From: a virus
Taxonomy: Duplodnaviria > Caudoviricetes
DNA: 64,000 nt
Direction: 5' to 3' (one strand)
IMG/VR virus record: IMGVR_UViG_3300044557_000107
Location: 1 to 64,000 of that record
The notes under the pieces are model-generated. The model searched no databases and was not told where the DNA came from. It saw only the letters and a program-made list of their open reading frames with translations. A program made the position numbers and the translations under genes. Below, piece after piece: positions 1 to 10,488 of the stretch (position 1 is its first letter; every line of letters begins with the position of its first letter).

Positions 1-347
1 TGCCTTGCGTAACGCAAAGGTACCATAATCAGTTATAACCCGCGGCGGATCACTCAAAAAGTACCCGTAGTCATTTAATGAGTTTAAATCTGCTTCGTGT
101 GGATCTTTAAAAGTGTAACCCGTTTCATGAGCAATGTCTTTAATAAGTATCTTTTTACCCTTGTAGTCTTTTGACTTTTCCATAAGTACCCCCTACTTTC
201 TACTGTTGAACTTTTCATGTTCCTTGTCACAGTACCACATCATTCCCACGATTACTAGCGCCGATAATATTAGCGGATTACTGAAGTCCCATGCTAAGTA
301 TAAGACTAGTCCTAAAATAATATATTTCATAGTTATTACTCCCTTTC

Positions 348-593
348 TTAATGCACGTAACTAACAAGCAATTCAATAGCACCATGCAGAATTATGTTAG
401 GTTCAAAATAGTTTACTTTGTCATCAGTAACTTGATTGACTGCCAAGTCTTTATAATTGTCTTGGAGTTCCTTAACACTAGCACTCAAATACTTTAAAGC
501 GTCTTTTCGGTTCTCGAAAGTCTTGACAAAACTTTCAAAAAGCCCTGTCTTGACCTCATAGCTACTTTCCACAATATTGTATACTTTATTCAT
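348..593 (-). CDS. small early (terminal-repeat-type) hypothetical protein
   Basis: 81-aa ORF with RBS (AAAGGGAG) and its own near-consensus sigmaA promoter at 623-651. Confidence 0.8.
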   Translation of the reverse strand: MNKVYNIVESSYEVKTGLFESFVKTFENRKDALKYLSASVKELQDNYKDLAVNQVTDDKVNYFEPNIILHGAIELLVSYVH

Positions 594-622
594 AAGTATT
601 ACTCCCTTTCTTGATTGTCTTA

Positions 623-651
623 ATCATAGTCTATTAATTAGACTTTGTCAA
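623..651 (-). promoter_or_regulatory. sigmaA-type early promoter
   Basis: TTGACA-N17-TATGAT on the minus strand; spacer contains the inverted repeat AGTCTA-N5-TAGACT. Confidence 0.85.
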
Positions 652-654
652 GCA

Positions 655-852
655 CTATTTTAAATTAATCCAGTAGTTCACGTAAATAAGTAAACTGGCA
701 AGTCCTAACCAAAGCAACCCCATGTCTGTTAAATAGGCTTTATAAATAACTTCCTTGTGCCTCCGTGTAGTAGTATTTACTTGGTACCGTTTAAAGTTCC
801 TTATGGTCTGATAGAGTCCAAACAGTACAGTTCCTGCTGTAATATAATTCAT
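655..852 (-). CDS. small membrane protein, early
   Basis: 65 aa, hydrophobic N- and C-terminal segments, RBS AAGGGAAG, promoter at 884-912. Confidence 0.75.
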   Translation of the reverse strand: MNYITAGTVLFGLYQTIRNFKRYQVNTTTRRHKEVIYKAYLTDMGLLWLGLASLLIYVNYWINLK

Positions 853-883
853 GTTAATTACTTCCCTTCTTGTTTATGCACCT

Positions 884-912
884 ATCATAGTCCACCCATT
901 GGACTTTGTCAA
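884..912 (-). promoter_or_regulatory. sigmaA-type early promoter
   Basis: TTGACA-N17-TATGAT; spacer contains AGTCCA-N5-TGGACT. Confidence 0.85.
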
Positions 913-1067
913 TACTATTTTTAAATTAATTTCAAAGCCCTTTAAAAGTCCTTTTAATGGTAGAAACTATTTAAGTACGCGCTGTAAACACTGATACAGC
1001 AGTCTTTTAGCGGTACTTGCAGAATACGCAAAGACCATCCCCAGCCCCCTAGAGTACCTCGCTAAGG

Positions 1068-1407
1068 TCGAAAACAAACTTTTTGTCTGCTTACAGCTAC
1101 TGCAAAGGTACTACATAGTTCCTATTTAGTCCTTCAAGTCTACTGATTAGTATTTACAGGGGGTCATTTAGGGGACTACATAGGGAAACTTCCCTAGTTT
1201 GTACAAGTCTTCACTAAGTACCATGATTTTAAGGAATCCTATTATACCAGTCTTTAGCGGACTTTGGGGATGACTTTCCCCTTATATGAAATTCGTTTAG
1301 GATTCCTTAGATTGTGACGTACTGCACAGACTTCCTAAGCTCATCCCCAGGTTCCTCGAAAACAAACTTTTTGTCTGCTTACAGCTACTGCAAAGGTACT
1401 ACATAGT
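1068..1407. repeat. perfect 52-bp direct repeat (1068-1119 and 1356-1407)
   Basis: TCGAAAACAAACTTTTTGTCTGCTTACAGCTACTGCAAAGGTACTACATAGT occurs twice, each copy preceded by CATCCCCAG. Confidence 0.95.
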
Positions 1408-1427
1408 CCTAGTCATTCCCTAGAAAA

Positions 1428-1648
1428 CACAAAAAGTCCCCACAGTTTTACCCGTGAGGACTTCTAGGACTAGAAGGATCTTTTGTGCACTTCTAGATTC
1501 TCAGCTGAGGCTCCTTTAATAAAGTCCCACTGAGATACTAGCCAGTAAAGTATGTGCACAAAAACCATGCAAGATATACTTGAGTCTTCCGCGTTACTCT
1601 CTAAGTTGCCGTACTAGTAACTACCAAGGACTCCTTAAGTAAATCTTG
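1428..1648 (-). ncRNA. candidate structured small RNA 1
   Basis: Promoter TTGACA-N17-TATGAT (1683-1655), intrinsic terminator 1434-1463 with T-tract, no credible ORF, nested stems such as 1481-1490/1554-1563. Confidence 0.55.
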
Positions 1649-2040
1649 ATTTCTATCATAGACCTTCCAGAGCACCTTGTCAACCCCTAAGTTTACTTTT
1701 ATGACATCCCCTTGTATCTCTAAAGCGCCTTGCAAGTGCCCTAAAGTCATCATAGACGTTCTTTAGCTAGTCTTCTATGTATTTACCTATTAAGTCCTTA
1801 AAAGGTACTCACGAGTGTTTTAGAGTGGTCTAAGGGGATGAACCTCTAATAGTCTATTATGTGTACTTTTGCTAGTCTTGCTATAGGTACACCCACCACA
1901 GTCCTCTCAAAGTACCCTCAAGTCTTCATACAAGTCTTTTACAGTATTTCCTATGTATTTACCTAGGATTACTTTAAAGTCTCTCTACGGACTTCTAAGG
2001 TACCTTACAAGTAAAGTACACATAATGGACTTTCGGGGAT

Positions 2041-2230
2041 AATAAAACCGGATAGCCTTATCATCACTATCCGGTAATCTGCTCTATAAGATACTCAAAG
2101 TCCCTGGGATAACCAATCCCTGTCCACCAAGGTACTTAGCGAAAGCACACACAAGGTCCGACCCCATGCTTTTAAGTCTACATTATTAGCTTGCTGTAAC
2201 AGCAAGGACTTTGCAGTACTCTTAAGAACA
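2041..2230 (-). ncRNA. candidate structured small RNA 2
   Basis: Promoter TTGACA-N17-TATACT with extended TG (2264-2236), terminator 2047-2075, long closing stem plus internal hairpins, with G-U pairs on the minus strand. Confidence 0.6.
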
Positions 2231-2452
2231 ACTTCAGTATACCATCTTCTAGTATAACTGTCAAGGATTATTCTAAATTTATTTTCAGTGGCTTAAAGGA
2301 CTGAAACGAGAGTCCTCACTAAAACGACTTACGGACGTCTTATCCAGTCTTATCAAGGGTTCTTGACCAGTTTTACTAGTTTACTGAAACGGGAATTCTT
2401 AGGGAAAGCCTACTTTCAAAAAAACTCAAAATTGATTAAGCCCTTTTCAGAC

Positions 2453-2977
2453 TCTCTCAAGTTGACTCACTAGTCAACAAGACTTCTAAGTACTTTAGAG
2501 TATCTTCTAGTATCTTTAATAAGTCCATAGTTAATAGCTTTCAAAGATCCTTTAAAGTTTCCTCAAGTTCCTTTTCGAATACGCCTAAGTCGGCTTAGTA
2601 GTTATTGCAGGATAGTTAGAAATTGACAGTTGACATTTAGCGGTTGCTATCTTCTTTAAAGGTCTTATTCTAGGCTTTTATAAAGTCCTTACAGTTTTAT
2701 TAATAGACCCTTAGTTATTCATCTATCTCTCAAGTTGACTCTCTAGTCAATAGACTCCTAAGTCCTTTAAAGTATCTCTAGTATCTTTCTAGTTCCTTTA
2801 ATAAGTTCTCTAGTCAATAGACTTTAGTAAGACTTGAGTACCTACAAAGTATCTATATCTTAAGCTATCTCTTGACTAACCGGTCAATAGATTTCTTCTG
2901 GGTTTCTGATAGTACTATGAAGGTCCTTATCGGTATTCTCTCTCAAGTTGTTTTGTTGACTAAGTAGTCAATAGAGT
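2453..2977. repeat. array of 16-bp palindromes TTGACT-N4-(A/G)GTCAA within longer degenerate repeats
   Basis: Copies at 2462-2477, 2735-2750, 2872-2887 and 2956-2971, plus a half site near 2811-2817. Confidence 0.85.
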
Positions 2978-3058
2978 TCCTTACTTGCGTACTCTAAAGA
3001 AACCAGTAGACTAAAATAAGCACCCTTCCGTATATAGAAAGGACGCTTATTGGTTGAC

Positions 3059-3565
3059 TTAAAAAATCTTATAATTTGCCGCTGTTAACTTTTCACTTAG
3101 AGAATCCTTTAGCTCTTTAGACTCTTCTTTAGACAAGATGAAGTCCTTAGTAACAGCATCCATTAAGTAGTTAATGAACTTAGTAACCCTTGGGTTTTCT
3201 ACGTGTTCTGCATCCGTTTCCTCTGGATACACTCCAATATCTTCTTTAGAACATGGGAATAACTCTACTGGAGCCTTACGATCTTTATCATGCCACAACA
3301 CCGCTGGGTAATCCTTATTAAGGAAGAAGGTATCCCAAACGTTTGTTTCTGCTGAAGTTTCTACTTCAGTAAAATAGAAGTAATCATCATGATTATTCTT
3401 TAAGTACACGTTAGTGGTCCGAACTTTAAACAACTGGTTATCTTGGGATAGCTTTACATAAGACACATGGTCAGTACTTGCCACACGAGTTAAGTCTTCA
3501 TAAGTACCTTTATAGAATAAGCATGTTGCAACGTCTAGTGTAATAGTAATAGTTCTATTTGCCAT
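3059..3565 (-). CDS. hypothetical protein
   Basis: 168-aa ORF, last gene of its operon, followed by a hairpin at about 3016-3051. Confidence 0.75.
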   Translation of the reverse strand: MANRTITITLDVATCLFYKGTYEDLTRVASTDHVSYVKLSQDNQLFKVRTTNVYLKNNHDDYFYFTEVETSAETNVWDTFFLNKDYPAVLWHDKDRKAPVELFPCSKEDIGVYPEETDAEHVENPRVTKFINYLMDAVTKDFILSKEESKELKDSLSEKLTAANYKIF

Positions 3566-3567
3566 TA

Positions 3568-3981
3568 TTAATAACTCTTTCTTTTAATATCTTTTTCTTG
3601 TGTGGCTACTAATTGGTGCTTATCATTAGCGTGCTCCTTAACGATTTTATTAATTGACTCGTTCATGTGTAAATCTTCTAAGTCTACTTGGTCTACCTTG
3701 ACAAGCTCCATCTTATAGATTAATTGACCGTCTGAATCAAATACTTTAGCGTAAGCATAACCTAATTTAAAATTGGCATGAATACTATAATCATAGATAT
3801 TCCCAAATAACCTACGCATATTAATCAAGTAGTTTTCTAACAGCTTATCAAGGTAATCATATAGTTCGGGCTTATGACTACTAGTAACCTCAGTTTCTGC
3901 AACTTGCATTAACGGTTCATCTATGGACATATCACTAACTTCATATTCTCGTATGGACCATTTAATCTTTGAACTTATCAT
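3568..3981 (-). CDS. hypothetical protein
   Basis: 137-aa ORF, RBS GGAGG; N-terminal half resembles 6318-6878. Confidence 0.75.
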   Translation of the reverse strand: MISSKIKWSIREYEVSDMSIDEPLMQVAETEVTSSHKPELYDYLDKLLENYLINMRRLFGNIYDYSIHANFKLGYAYAKVFDSDGQLIYKMELVKVDQVDLEDLHMNESINKIVKEHANDKHQLVATQEKDIKRKSY

Positions 3982-3991
3982 TTTTAGCCTC

Positions 3992-4759
3992 CTAACACCA
4001 TGCTAGATGTTTTAAATAGTTTCCATGATAGTCACCCATTGAATCCCGGAGTCGATAAGCATTTGCTATTTTTGACTGTCTAAGATCCCGTGCTAGTTCT
4101 TGATTGCAAGTGTTGCACAAGGTATTCCCTAGTAATCGACCGCTATGTTCAATTGGTTTACCACAGCACTCGCATAGTACCCCATAAGTTCTTTCGAGGT
4201 CTTGAGTATCTGCTTTGCCATAGTTGAAGTTACTAATTAGCTCTAGAATGCCGGCGTCCATAGGTAAGTTCCCGGAATGGACTAGACGAGGTATACCAAA
4301 TCTATCATCCTTCCAAGACCACGAGTTACGCCAGACTGCTAGCTCCAGTCCCATTGTGCTATTTGTTATTAGCTTGCTATGTTCAACTACCCGAGCGGTG
4401 GGAAACATTCTTTGGATATAAGATGGCGGCGTCGTATAGTTTACATAGCTACCGTGATTAACTAGCATTGTCATACTTGCCTGTGGTCTAATCTCATCTA
4501 GCATCGCCCATAAGCACAGTTTTAGACTATGAAACCCTTTAGAGTAAACTTCATGTGTTTTATAGTTACCTACTGAAGCATCTAGGGTTATCCCCTCATT
4601 ATTCAAAGGGGTAATCTTAAAAACACCACTAGGTTTTCCAATAGGCATGCTCTTGAGAGCTTCTTTTAAACTGTGATAAGCATTATTTGATGATTCCATT
4701 CGAGATATACCATATTTTACGGTATAGTCTGCTTGATGAAGTCTACTTGATTTTAACAC
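3992..4759 (-). CDS. hypothetical protein with C-terminal zinc finger
   Basis: CECCG...CNTC motif. Confidence 0.7.
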   Translation of the reverse strand: MLKSSRLHQADYTVKYGISRMESSNNAYHSLKEALKSMPIGKPSGVFKITPLNNEGITLDASVGNYKTHEVYSKGFHSLKLCLWAMLDEIRPQASMTMLVNHGSYVNYTTPPSYIQRMFPTARVVEHSKLITNSTMGLELAVWRNSWSWKDDRFGIPRLVHSGNLPMDAGILELISNFNYGKADTQDLERTYGVLCECCGKPIEHSGRLLGNTLCNTCNQELARDLRQSKIANAYRLRDSMGDYHGNYLKHLAWC

Positions 4760-5438
4760 CTTTAATGTCCCCCATAAGATGATTATCTACGTGTTTATCA
4801 AACTTGCCCACAATTGCCGGCTTAGTTACTAGCTTATCCTTAGCACCACTACGTTCGTACGCTTCCACCATCTCGTCTAGGGTAAGTCCTACATAGTCAT
4901 CTTCCCAGTCAGCAATAAAGAACAATTCTGGGAGCCAGTTTTCCTTCTTAGCGTCTCCTAAGAGCCCAAAAAGCACAGGGTCTCGTTGCTTAGTAATGTA
5001 CTTCTTGTCTTCACCAGTATAATCAGTTCCGATAACAATCATTCCATCAAATAACTCCTGGGCATTAATTGCTTCAATCTTATCCGCAACTTCTTCAGGA
5101 ATATCCCCAGTGTAATCTTCTAAGGGGAAAATTGCCACGTCTTTATCTGCGAGCTGGTCAAAGATGGTATTTAGCTTTTTAATACTAATAGTCTTATTAA
5201 ATCCGGCATCGAGTAACTTAGAGACACTTCCGTTACACTGAATAGTAATATCCAGCTTCTCAACTTTATGCTTTTGACCGGCTTTCTCAGCTTTATCTCG
5301 CATCTTGTATAGAGTCTTCCAATGGTGTTCAAATTTTACATGGTCTATAGTCTTCAGAAATCCGTGATCATTAACGTTTTCCTTTAGTTGCTTAAAGAAC
5401 TTCTCAGTATTATAAGTAATTGTTGCATCTTCTGACAT
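4743..5438 (-). CDS. conserved phage hypothetical protein
   Basis: 231 aa, RBS AGGAA, RDPVLFG...FIADWEDD motif. Confidence 0.75.
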   Translation of the reverse strand: MSEDATITYNTEKFFKQLKENVNDHGFLKTIDHVKFEHHWKTLYKMRDKAEKAGQKHKVEKLDITIQCNGSVSKLLDAGFNKTISIKKLNTIFDQLADKDVAIFPLEDYTGDIPEEVADKIEAINAQELFDGMIVIGTDYTGEDKKYITKQRDPVLFGLLGDAKKENWLPELFFIADWEDDYVGLTLDEMVEAYERSGAKDKLVTKPAIVGKFDKHVDNHLMGDIKGVKIK

Positions 5439-5505
5439 CTTTATTATTCCTTCTTTCCTTTATCTATGAATCAAGTATACCACAATAACATTCTTGTGCA
5501 ATACC

Positions 5506-6027
5506 TTAATTAGTTAATTTAATAACTTCGTCGATGCTAATGGGAGTATAATTCGTCAGGTCTACACCCACGTTAACTGCCCGTTTACTCAAAGTCTTTT
5601 TAAAGTACTCTTCGGAATGATTATGAACATGACCGTATAGATGAATAGATCCTTTATAGAAGTCATTCCACTCTAAGATCGGATAATGAAATAGTATGAT
5701 ACTTTTATGGGTGTAACGTAGTTCATAGTAGTATTTGATCCATACAAATAATGAAGTATCAAACTCAGGATCTTTTAAGTAGGTGTCATGATTCCCTATA
5801 ATAAGGTACTTCTTCCCATTAAGTTGCTTTAATAGACTATTTGCCTTTTCCCCGGAACGTGTCATAATCAAGTCTCCAAGAATGTATACTTCATCTTTAG
5901 GCTTTACTACATGATTCCAGTTCTTAATAAGTGCTTCATCATGTTCCTCAATAGTCTTAAAAGGACGATTGCAAAGCTTTAAGATATTCTGATGATTGAA
6001 ATGGGTATCTGCTGTAAAATAAATCAT
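5506..6027 (-). CDS. calcineurin-like metallophosphoesterase
   Basis: DTH, GD, GNHD, H and GHVH motifs. Confidence 0.9.
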   Translation of the reverse strand: MIYFTADTHFNHQNILKLCNRPFKTIEEHDEALIKNWNHVVKPKDEVYILGDLIMTRSGEKANSLLKQLNGKKYLIIGNHDTYLKDPEFDTSLFVWIKYYYELRYTHKSIILFHYPILEWNDFYKGSIHLYGHVHNHSEEYFKKTLSKRAVNVGVDLTNYTPISIDEVIKLTN

Positions 6028-6048
6028 GAGATTTCCTCCTTATTATAA

Positions 6049-6279
6049 TTATGACGTGAACATATCTATCAGGGATTCACCAAGGAATTCTCGCGACTCC
6101 TCTAAGCTAAAATAGTAGTAATGTTGATCGACTCTTAGTAATACCAGTAGTGCTCTTGTAACATTTATCAGTATCCACACAAGTGTCATGGGTATCTTAC
6201 TCAGTATTCCAATAGGTATGGTTAATATCCATACAATGAGTATGATAATATTTCTAATAATATTTTTCATTATTATCAT
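6049..6279 (-). CDS. small membrane protein
   Basis: Hydrophobic ORF; start probably near the AAAGGA RBS rather than at 6360. Confidence 0.55.
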   Translation of the reverse strand: MIIMKNIIRNIIILIVWILTIPIGILSKIPMTLVWILINVTRALLVLLRVDQHYYYFSLEESREFLGESLIDMFTS

Positions 6280-6317
6280 TATTCCTTTCTTTTCTACTGC
6301 TCTAGTATGTCTTAAAC

Positions 6318-6878
6318 TCATTGGAGAGTTTTGTAAGGAACTGCCTGATAGTAACCCCATGTCAGATATGGATTAAGACTAAGTTTATCCTTGACTTCCT
6401 CCTTTGTAAATAGGTACCGTTGATTACCCTTAGGAGACATTAGTAACTCATCTGCATCCACAAAATATTGTACACCGTCTTCTTTCTCCATAGAAAATGA
6501 GATACCTCCATTTTCCCACAGAAAAGCAATGTAGTACTTTTGTTCATCTTTATCTGGGGTTGTAGCAACAAATTTAGTTGATTCTTTACAGGTGTCATCT
6601 AAATTTATGGTATCTACTTTAGTAATTACCATTTTAGCAGTTTCCTCATTCCAACTATTTGTTGCTGTAAACACTTTAGCAGCGTCGTTATCGTAATAAC
6701 TAGTTACAGAATCTACAGAATCATTTACAGATCTAAATCTATCCTGTAGGCTACGTAGGTACGCTTTAACTTTCTCCTCGTTAGACCCGGTAACTCGTGT
6801 TTCTGTTTCAGGTTCTAAAATGAACCCTTTAGATGGCTCTGCAACTAACTTATAATACTGTACTCTATATTCTAGCAT
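6318..6878 (-). CDS. hypothetical protein
   Basis: 186-aa ORF with RBS. Confidence 0.75.
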   Translation of the reverse strand: MLEYRVQYYKLVAEPSKGFILEPETETRVTGSNEEKVKAYLRSLQDRFRSVNDSVDSVTSYYDNDAAKVFTATNSWNEETAKMVITKVDTINLDDTCKESTKFVATTPDKDEQKYYIAFLWENGGISFSMEKEDGVQYFVDADELLMSPKGNQRYLFTKEEVKDKLSLNPYLTWGYYQAVPYKTLQ

Positions 6879-6898
6879 ATTTTTTATTTCCTTCCTTT

Positions 6899-8059
6899 TT
6901 AAAATACCTTGTTAAACGAACGTGGAACAGACTTGAAAGCAATCTTAGCAATGCTTAGTTTCTCCGCGACTTTCCAACCATCATTTTCAACATAATGATA
7001 AAGTTTTAAAATAATATCATCTAGACTTTCTAGCTTATTTTTGATACTCGAATCTTCAAGAGAAAGCTCAGAGAATCCTGAATTTACGTTATAAGTAAAC
7101 ATTGAACGTGGTACTTTTACGTTAACAACCACGTCACCTTTAATATCATAATCTGGCCAATTTACGTTTTTTCGAGGAGTTTCTAAAACAAAGTTTCCAT
7201 CCTCAAAGTTAATATCATAATCAGAATCCCAATTTTCAATAACCGAGGGCATTGGAAATTCTTCCCCATTTGTTAAAAATACTTTAACAGTATATTTACC
7301 ACCACCATCAGTACTGATATTCAACATATTTAGGGCATCTTTTAGACTTGTACCTACATTTAACTCATCTGAAATAGCATCTAGGTAATCATAAGTAATT
7401 GGAATCCGTGAACTTAGACTCTGAATACCTTTTAGAGTATCTTCATTAGCATTCTCTACGTGGTCTTGGATAAACTCAGAAGCCACTTGTGAGGATACTT
7501 GGTCAAACTCAAAGAGATAGTGAAAACGTCCAGGACGATTAATCAAGTATTCAGATAGATTAGTTAGATTATTTGCAGTGATCACAAATAGCTTCTTAGA
7601 AGTGTTTAACCCGTCGAATAAGGTAAGCATACTATCCATATGATTCTTAAAGCTCTTTTCAAATTCATCAAAGATAATTACAGCAGGCGTCTTAATAGAA
7701 CTTAGAAACTCGGCAATACCATCATCATAGTTATTTACCATAATTGTTGGTAAGCTTTGATCTAAGGCTCTCTGGGATAACCGTTTAGCAAACATTGTCT
7801 TGCCCATACCTTTAGTACCTGAAAGAATAACTCCTGTAGACTTATCCTTGTGGTTAAACATAGATAGCACGTGTTCAATTCGGTCATTTGTCTTACCATA
7901 TAACTTTTGAGTAACTTTAAAGTTATCTTGTACTTCTAACCAGAATCCTCGCTGTGGTGAAAAGCTCACACTGTAAGTTCCTTTGGGAAGATCGTCGAAG
8001 ACCGCAATATTATCTGAGTTCTGGATCATATAACTTGTATCTGAATTAATTACTTTCAT
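6899..8059 (-). CDS. AAA+ ATPase
   Basis: Walker A GTKGMGKT, Walker B IIFDEFE, sensor ITAN, arginine finger NRPGR; likely start MKVINS at 8059. Confidence 0.9.
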   Translation of the reverse strand: MKVINSDTSYMIQNSDNIAVFDDLPKGTYSVSFSPQRGFWLEVQDNFKVTQKLYGKTNDRIEHVLSMFNHKDKSTGVILSGTKGMGKTMFAKRLSQRALDQSLPTIMVNNYDDGIAEFLSSIKTPAVIIFDEFEKSFKNHMDSMLTLFDGLNTSKKLFVITANNLTNLSEYLINRPGRFHYLFEFDQVSSQVASEFIQDHVENANEDTLKGIQSLSSRIPITYDYLDAISDELNVGTSLKDALNMLNISTDGGGKYTVKVFLTNGEEFPMPSVIENWDSDYDINFEDGNFVLETPRKNVNWPDYDIKGDVVVNVKVPRSMFTYNVNSGFSELSLEDSSIKNKLESLDDIILKLYHYVENDGWKVAEKLSIAKIAFKSVPRSFNKVF

Positions 8060-8102
8060 TATTTTCCTCTTCTTTCTCTGATTTAATAGTAGCAATTCAA
8101 GG

Positions 8103-10390
8103 TCATACAGCTGTAAGTAGTACGAGAACTAAGACGCCTACAAATCCTAGAACGACACTATAGGTAATACTTGATGACGCCATTTTCTGTACCTGTTTAG
8201 CTGATCCATGATCACCTAGAACATGATACCGAGTAGTTTTACCATCAAACCCCTGATAGACAACCTTTTCTTTAGTAGATGCTAAAGATATGCTAATGTT
8301 ATTATAGTGCTTGTAGTCCTGATAAGTGTAGACAGCACCTCCAATCAAACAAAATGAAAGTACCATCAGTAAGTATTTCTTAAAATTATCTGTCATCGTC
8401 AGCCTCCGCATGTTTACTAAACCACTTTTCAAAGTTGATTAACCCATTAACTACCCCTGTAGTTAAAAAAGAAGTGGTAATTAGTAATAATAATGATGAC
8501 ATCATGTGACCTGTAGCTTGCTGATAAAGAAATAAACTCCCAAGGGATGTCATAAACCCTAGCGCCAGTCTAATTTCAAACTCTATTAAATAATACCAGT
8601 ATTTAACCTTCATCAGTATCCTCCTGTGTTTCTAAAAATTTACTAATTTGTTTATCCAACCACTGATACCGATAATACAGGCTGTTATCACTCAGCTTAC
8701 TAATCTCTTCTACCGAGTAATCTTGTTGAGCAATCCAGTTAGCAAAATCTGGTGCAGACACTAGCGGTAGAGTATACAGATACCCAAAATCCCATGTAAA
8801 CCCGTAGACAGTTAAGCTCATCTGATCTGGTATGCTCCTCATCTCCAAACCCTTCTGCTACTTCACTTTCCTCTGTAGTAATACTATGCAGTTTAATTTT
8901 CATTTTTGTATTCTCCTTCGTTATGCCGGTTGCCCCTCTCCTGTTCCCATACCTTTTGTCAGATCAAGAACAATCACTTTCCTATAAGAGCGTCCGTCTC
9001 TATCTACCTCTTTTTCACTTGGATTAAGACTAGACACGTTTATTAAGGGAATAAATATAGGACTAGGGGAAGTAATCAGAGACTGCAATGGACGACCATA
9101 AGCAGGAACACCTAGGTATTTACTAACGTATTTCAAGTTGCTTAAAAGTTCTTCAAAGGCACTATACATTAAATCACAACTAATCCTAACGATCTTTGGA
9201 TTATTTGTATCAATATAACTTATATCGCGTCCAATGAACTGCTGATAATACTTTGTTCGAAACAAATTGTGACTAACTGGACTAACAGGGTATTCATGCG
9301 GACCAAAACAGCTAAACAATACAGCAGTAGTCGCCTTTTTACCCGTCTCTGACAATACCTTAGCTGAAGCTACTACAACTTTATCGGATACAGTTTCCAT
9401 GCGCCTTTCATAGTGCTTTAAGAAATGCTGATACTCTTCATCTTCGCGTGCTTTAACGAGTTTGTCGTTTTCTTCAACAACATTATTTAGTCGTTCCTTT
9501 AGATTCTTCATCTTTCTTAACCACCTTAAAATCTTCTTCGCGTTCTAATTCCATGAATTCTGTTACTTTATTTACAAGGAATTTAGCGGTGTTTAATTGA
9601 TCTAATACTCTATTCCATGAGTCCTTATTACGAATATTATCATCTTTGGTATGCGAATAAACCTGCCGGGTAACTTCATGGAGTGCTGGCCAGATACCAT
9701 ATAATCGTGATTGAACATTCTGCATACGAAATAAATCATCGTAACTAACAGGCTCTTCCCACTTATCCTGTGATTCGAAGACATCATTAAAGTTAGCACG
9801 AAGCTCCTTTTCAGATACCCAAACATCATTCCCATCGTTAGTTCTCAACTTGTAAGGCAAATTCATATTTGACTGTGACCAATCAACATCCTTCACTGTT
9901 AGTAATGCCAGAACCTTATCATCTTTTTTATAACAACTCATAGTTTTCTCTCTTTCCTTTGCTAATTTCTTGTAGTAGTCATCAAATATCTCATCAATCT
10001 TCTTTTTATCAACATTATCTGGTAACTTATCTAAGCTCATGATTCTTTCATGTCTATTCAAAGTACTTCCTCCTTCTTGTTTACATACATAATAATACCC
10101 CTCAACATATCTGGTGTCAAGGGGTAATTTAATTAGATATCTTTAATTTGATCAAATAAAATTTTAGCTTGTTCTAGTCCTTTAATATATCCCTTATAAT
10201 ACTCTTCAGATATATCATAGGAATCCTTGTGTTCCTTACTCCATTTAATTTCCTGGTCAATGGCTTGAGGTAGTCCATTTTGGAGGATCTCATGCTGCTC
10301 TTCCATACCTAGAATGACAGATTCTAAAACACTAGCGTTTTCATCATCACTATCCATTTCATATAGCTCTCGTATAGTTCTATTTGTCAT
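8103..10390 (-). other. cluster of small early hypothetical/membrane genes (8103-8432, 8386-8613, 8603-8848, 8921-9511, 9483-10061, 10133-10390)
   Basis: Tightly packed or overlapping ORFs with RBSs; promoter TTGACA-N17-TATTAT at about 10092-10120. Confidence 0.7.
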
Positions 10391-10488
10391 TGTTAGTACC
10401 TCTTTCTTTTAATCTAAATTTCTTACAGTTATTAGCTTGTCCTTGTTCAAGGGCATCAATTTGTTCTAGTGCATCTTCTTTGTATTCT

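Noticed and set aside
1068-2977. CRISPR array
   Set aside because: The repeats are few, irregularly spaced and lack uniform spacers; no cas genes are present.
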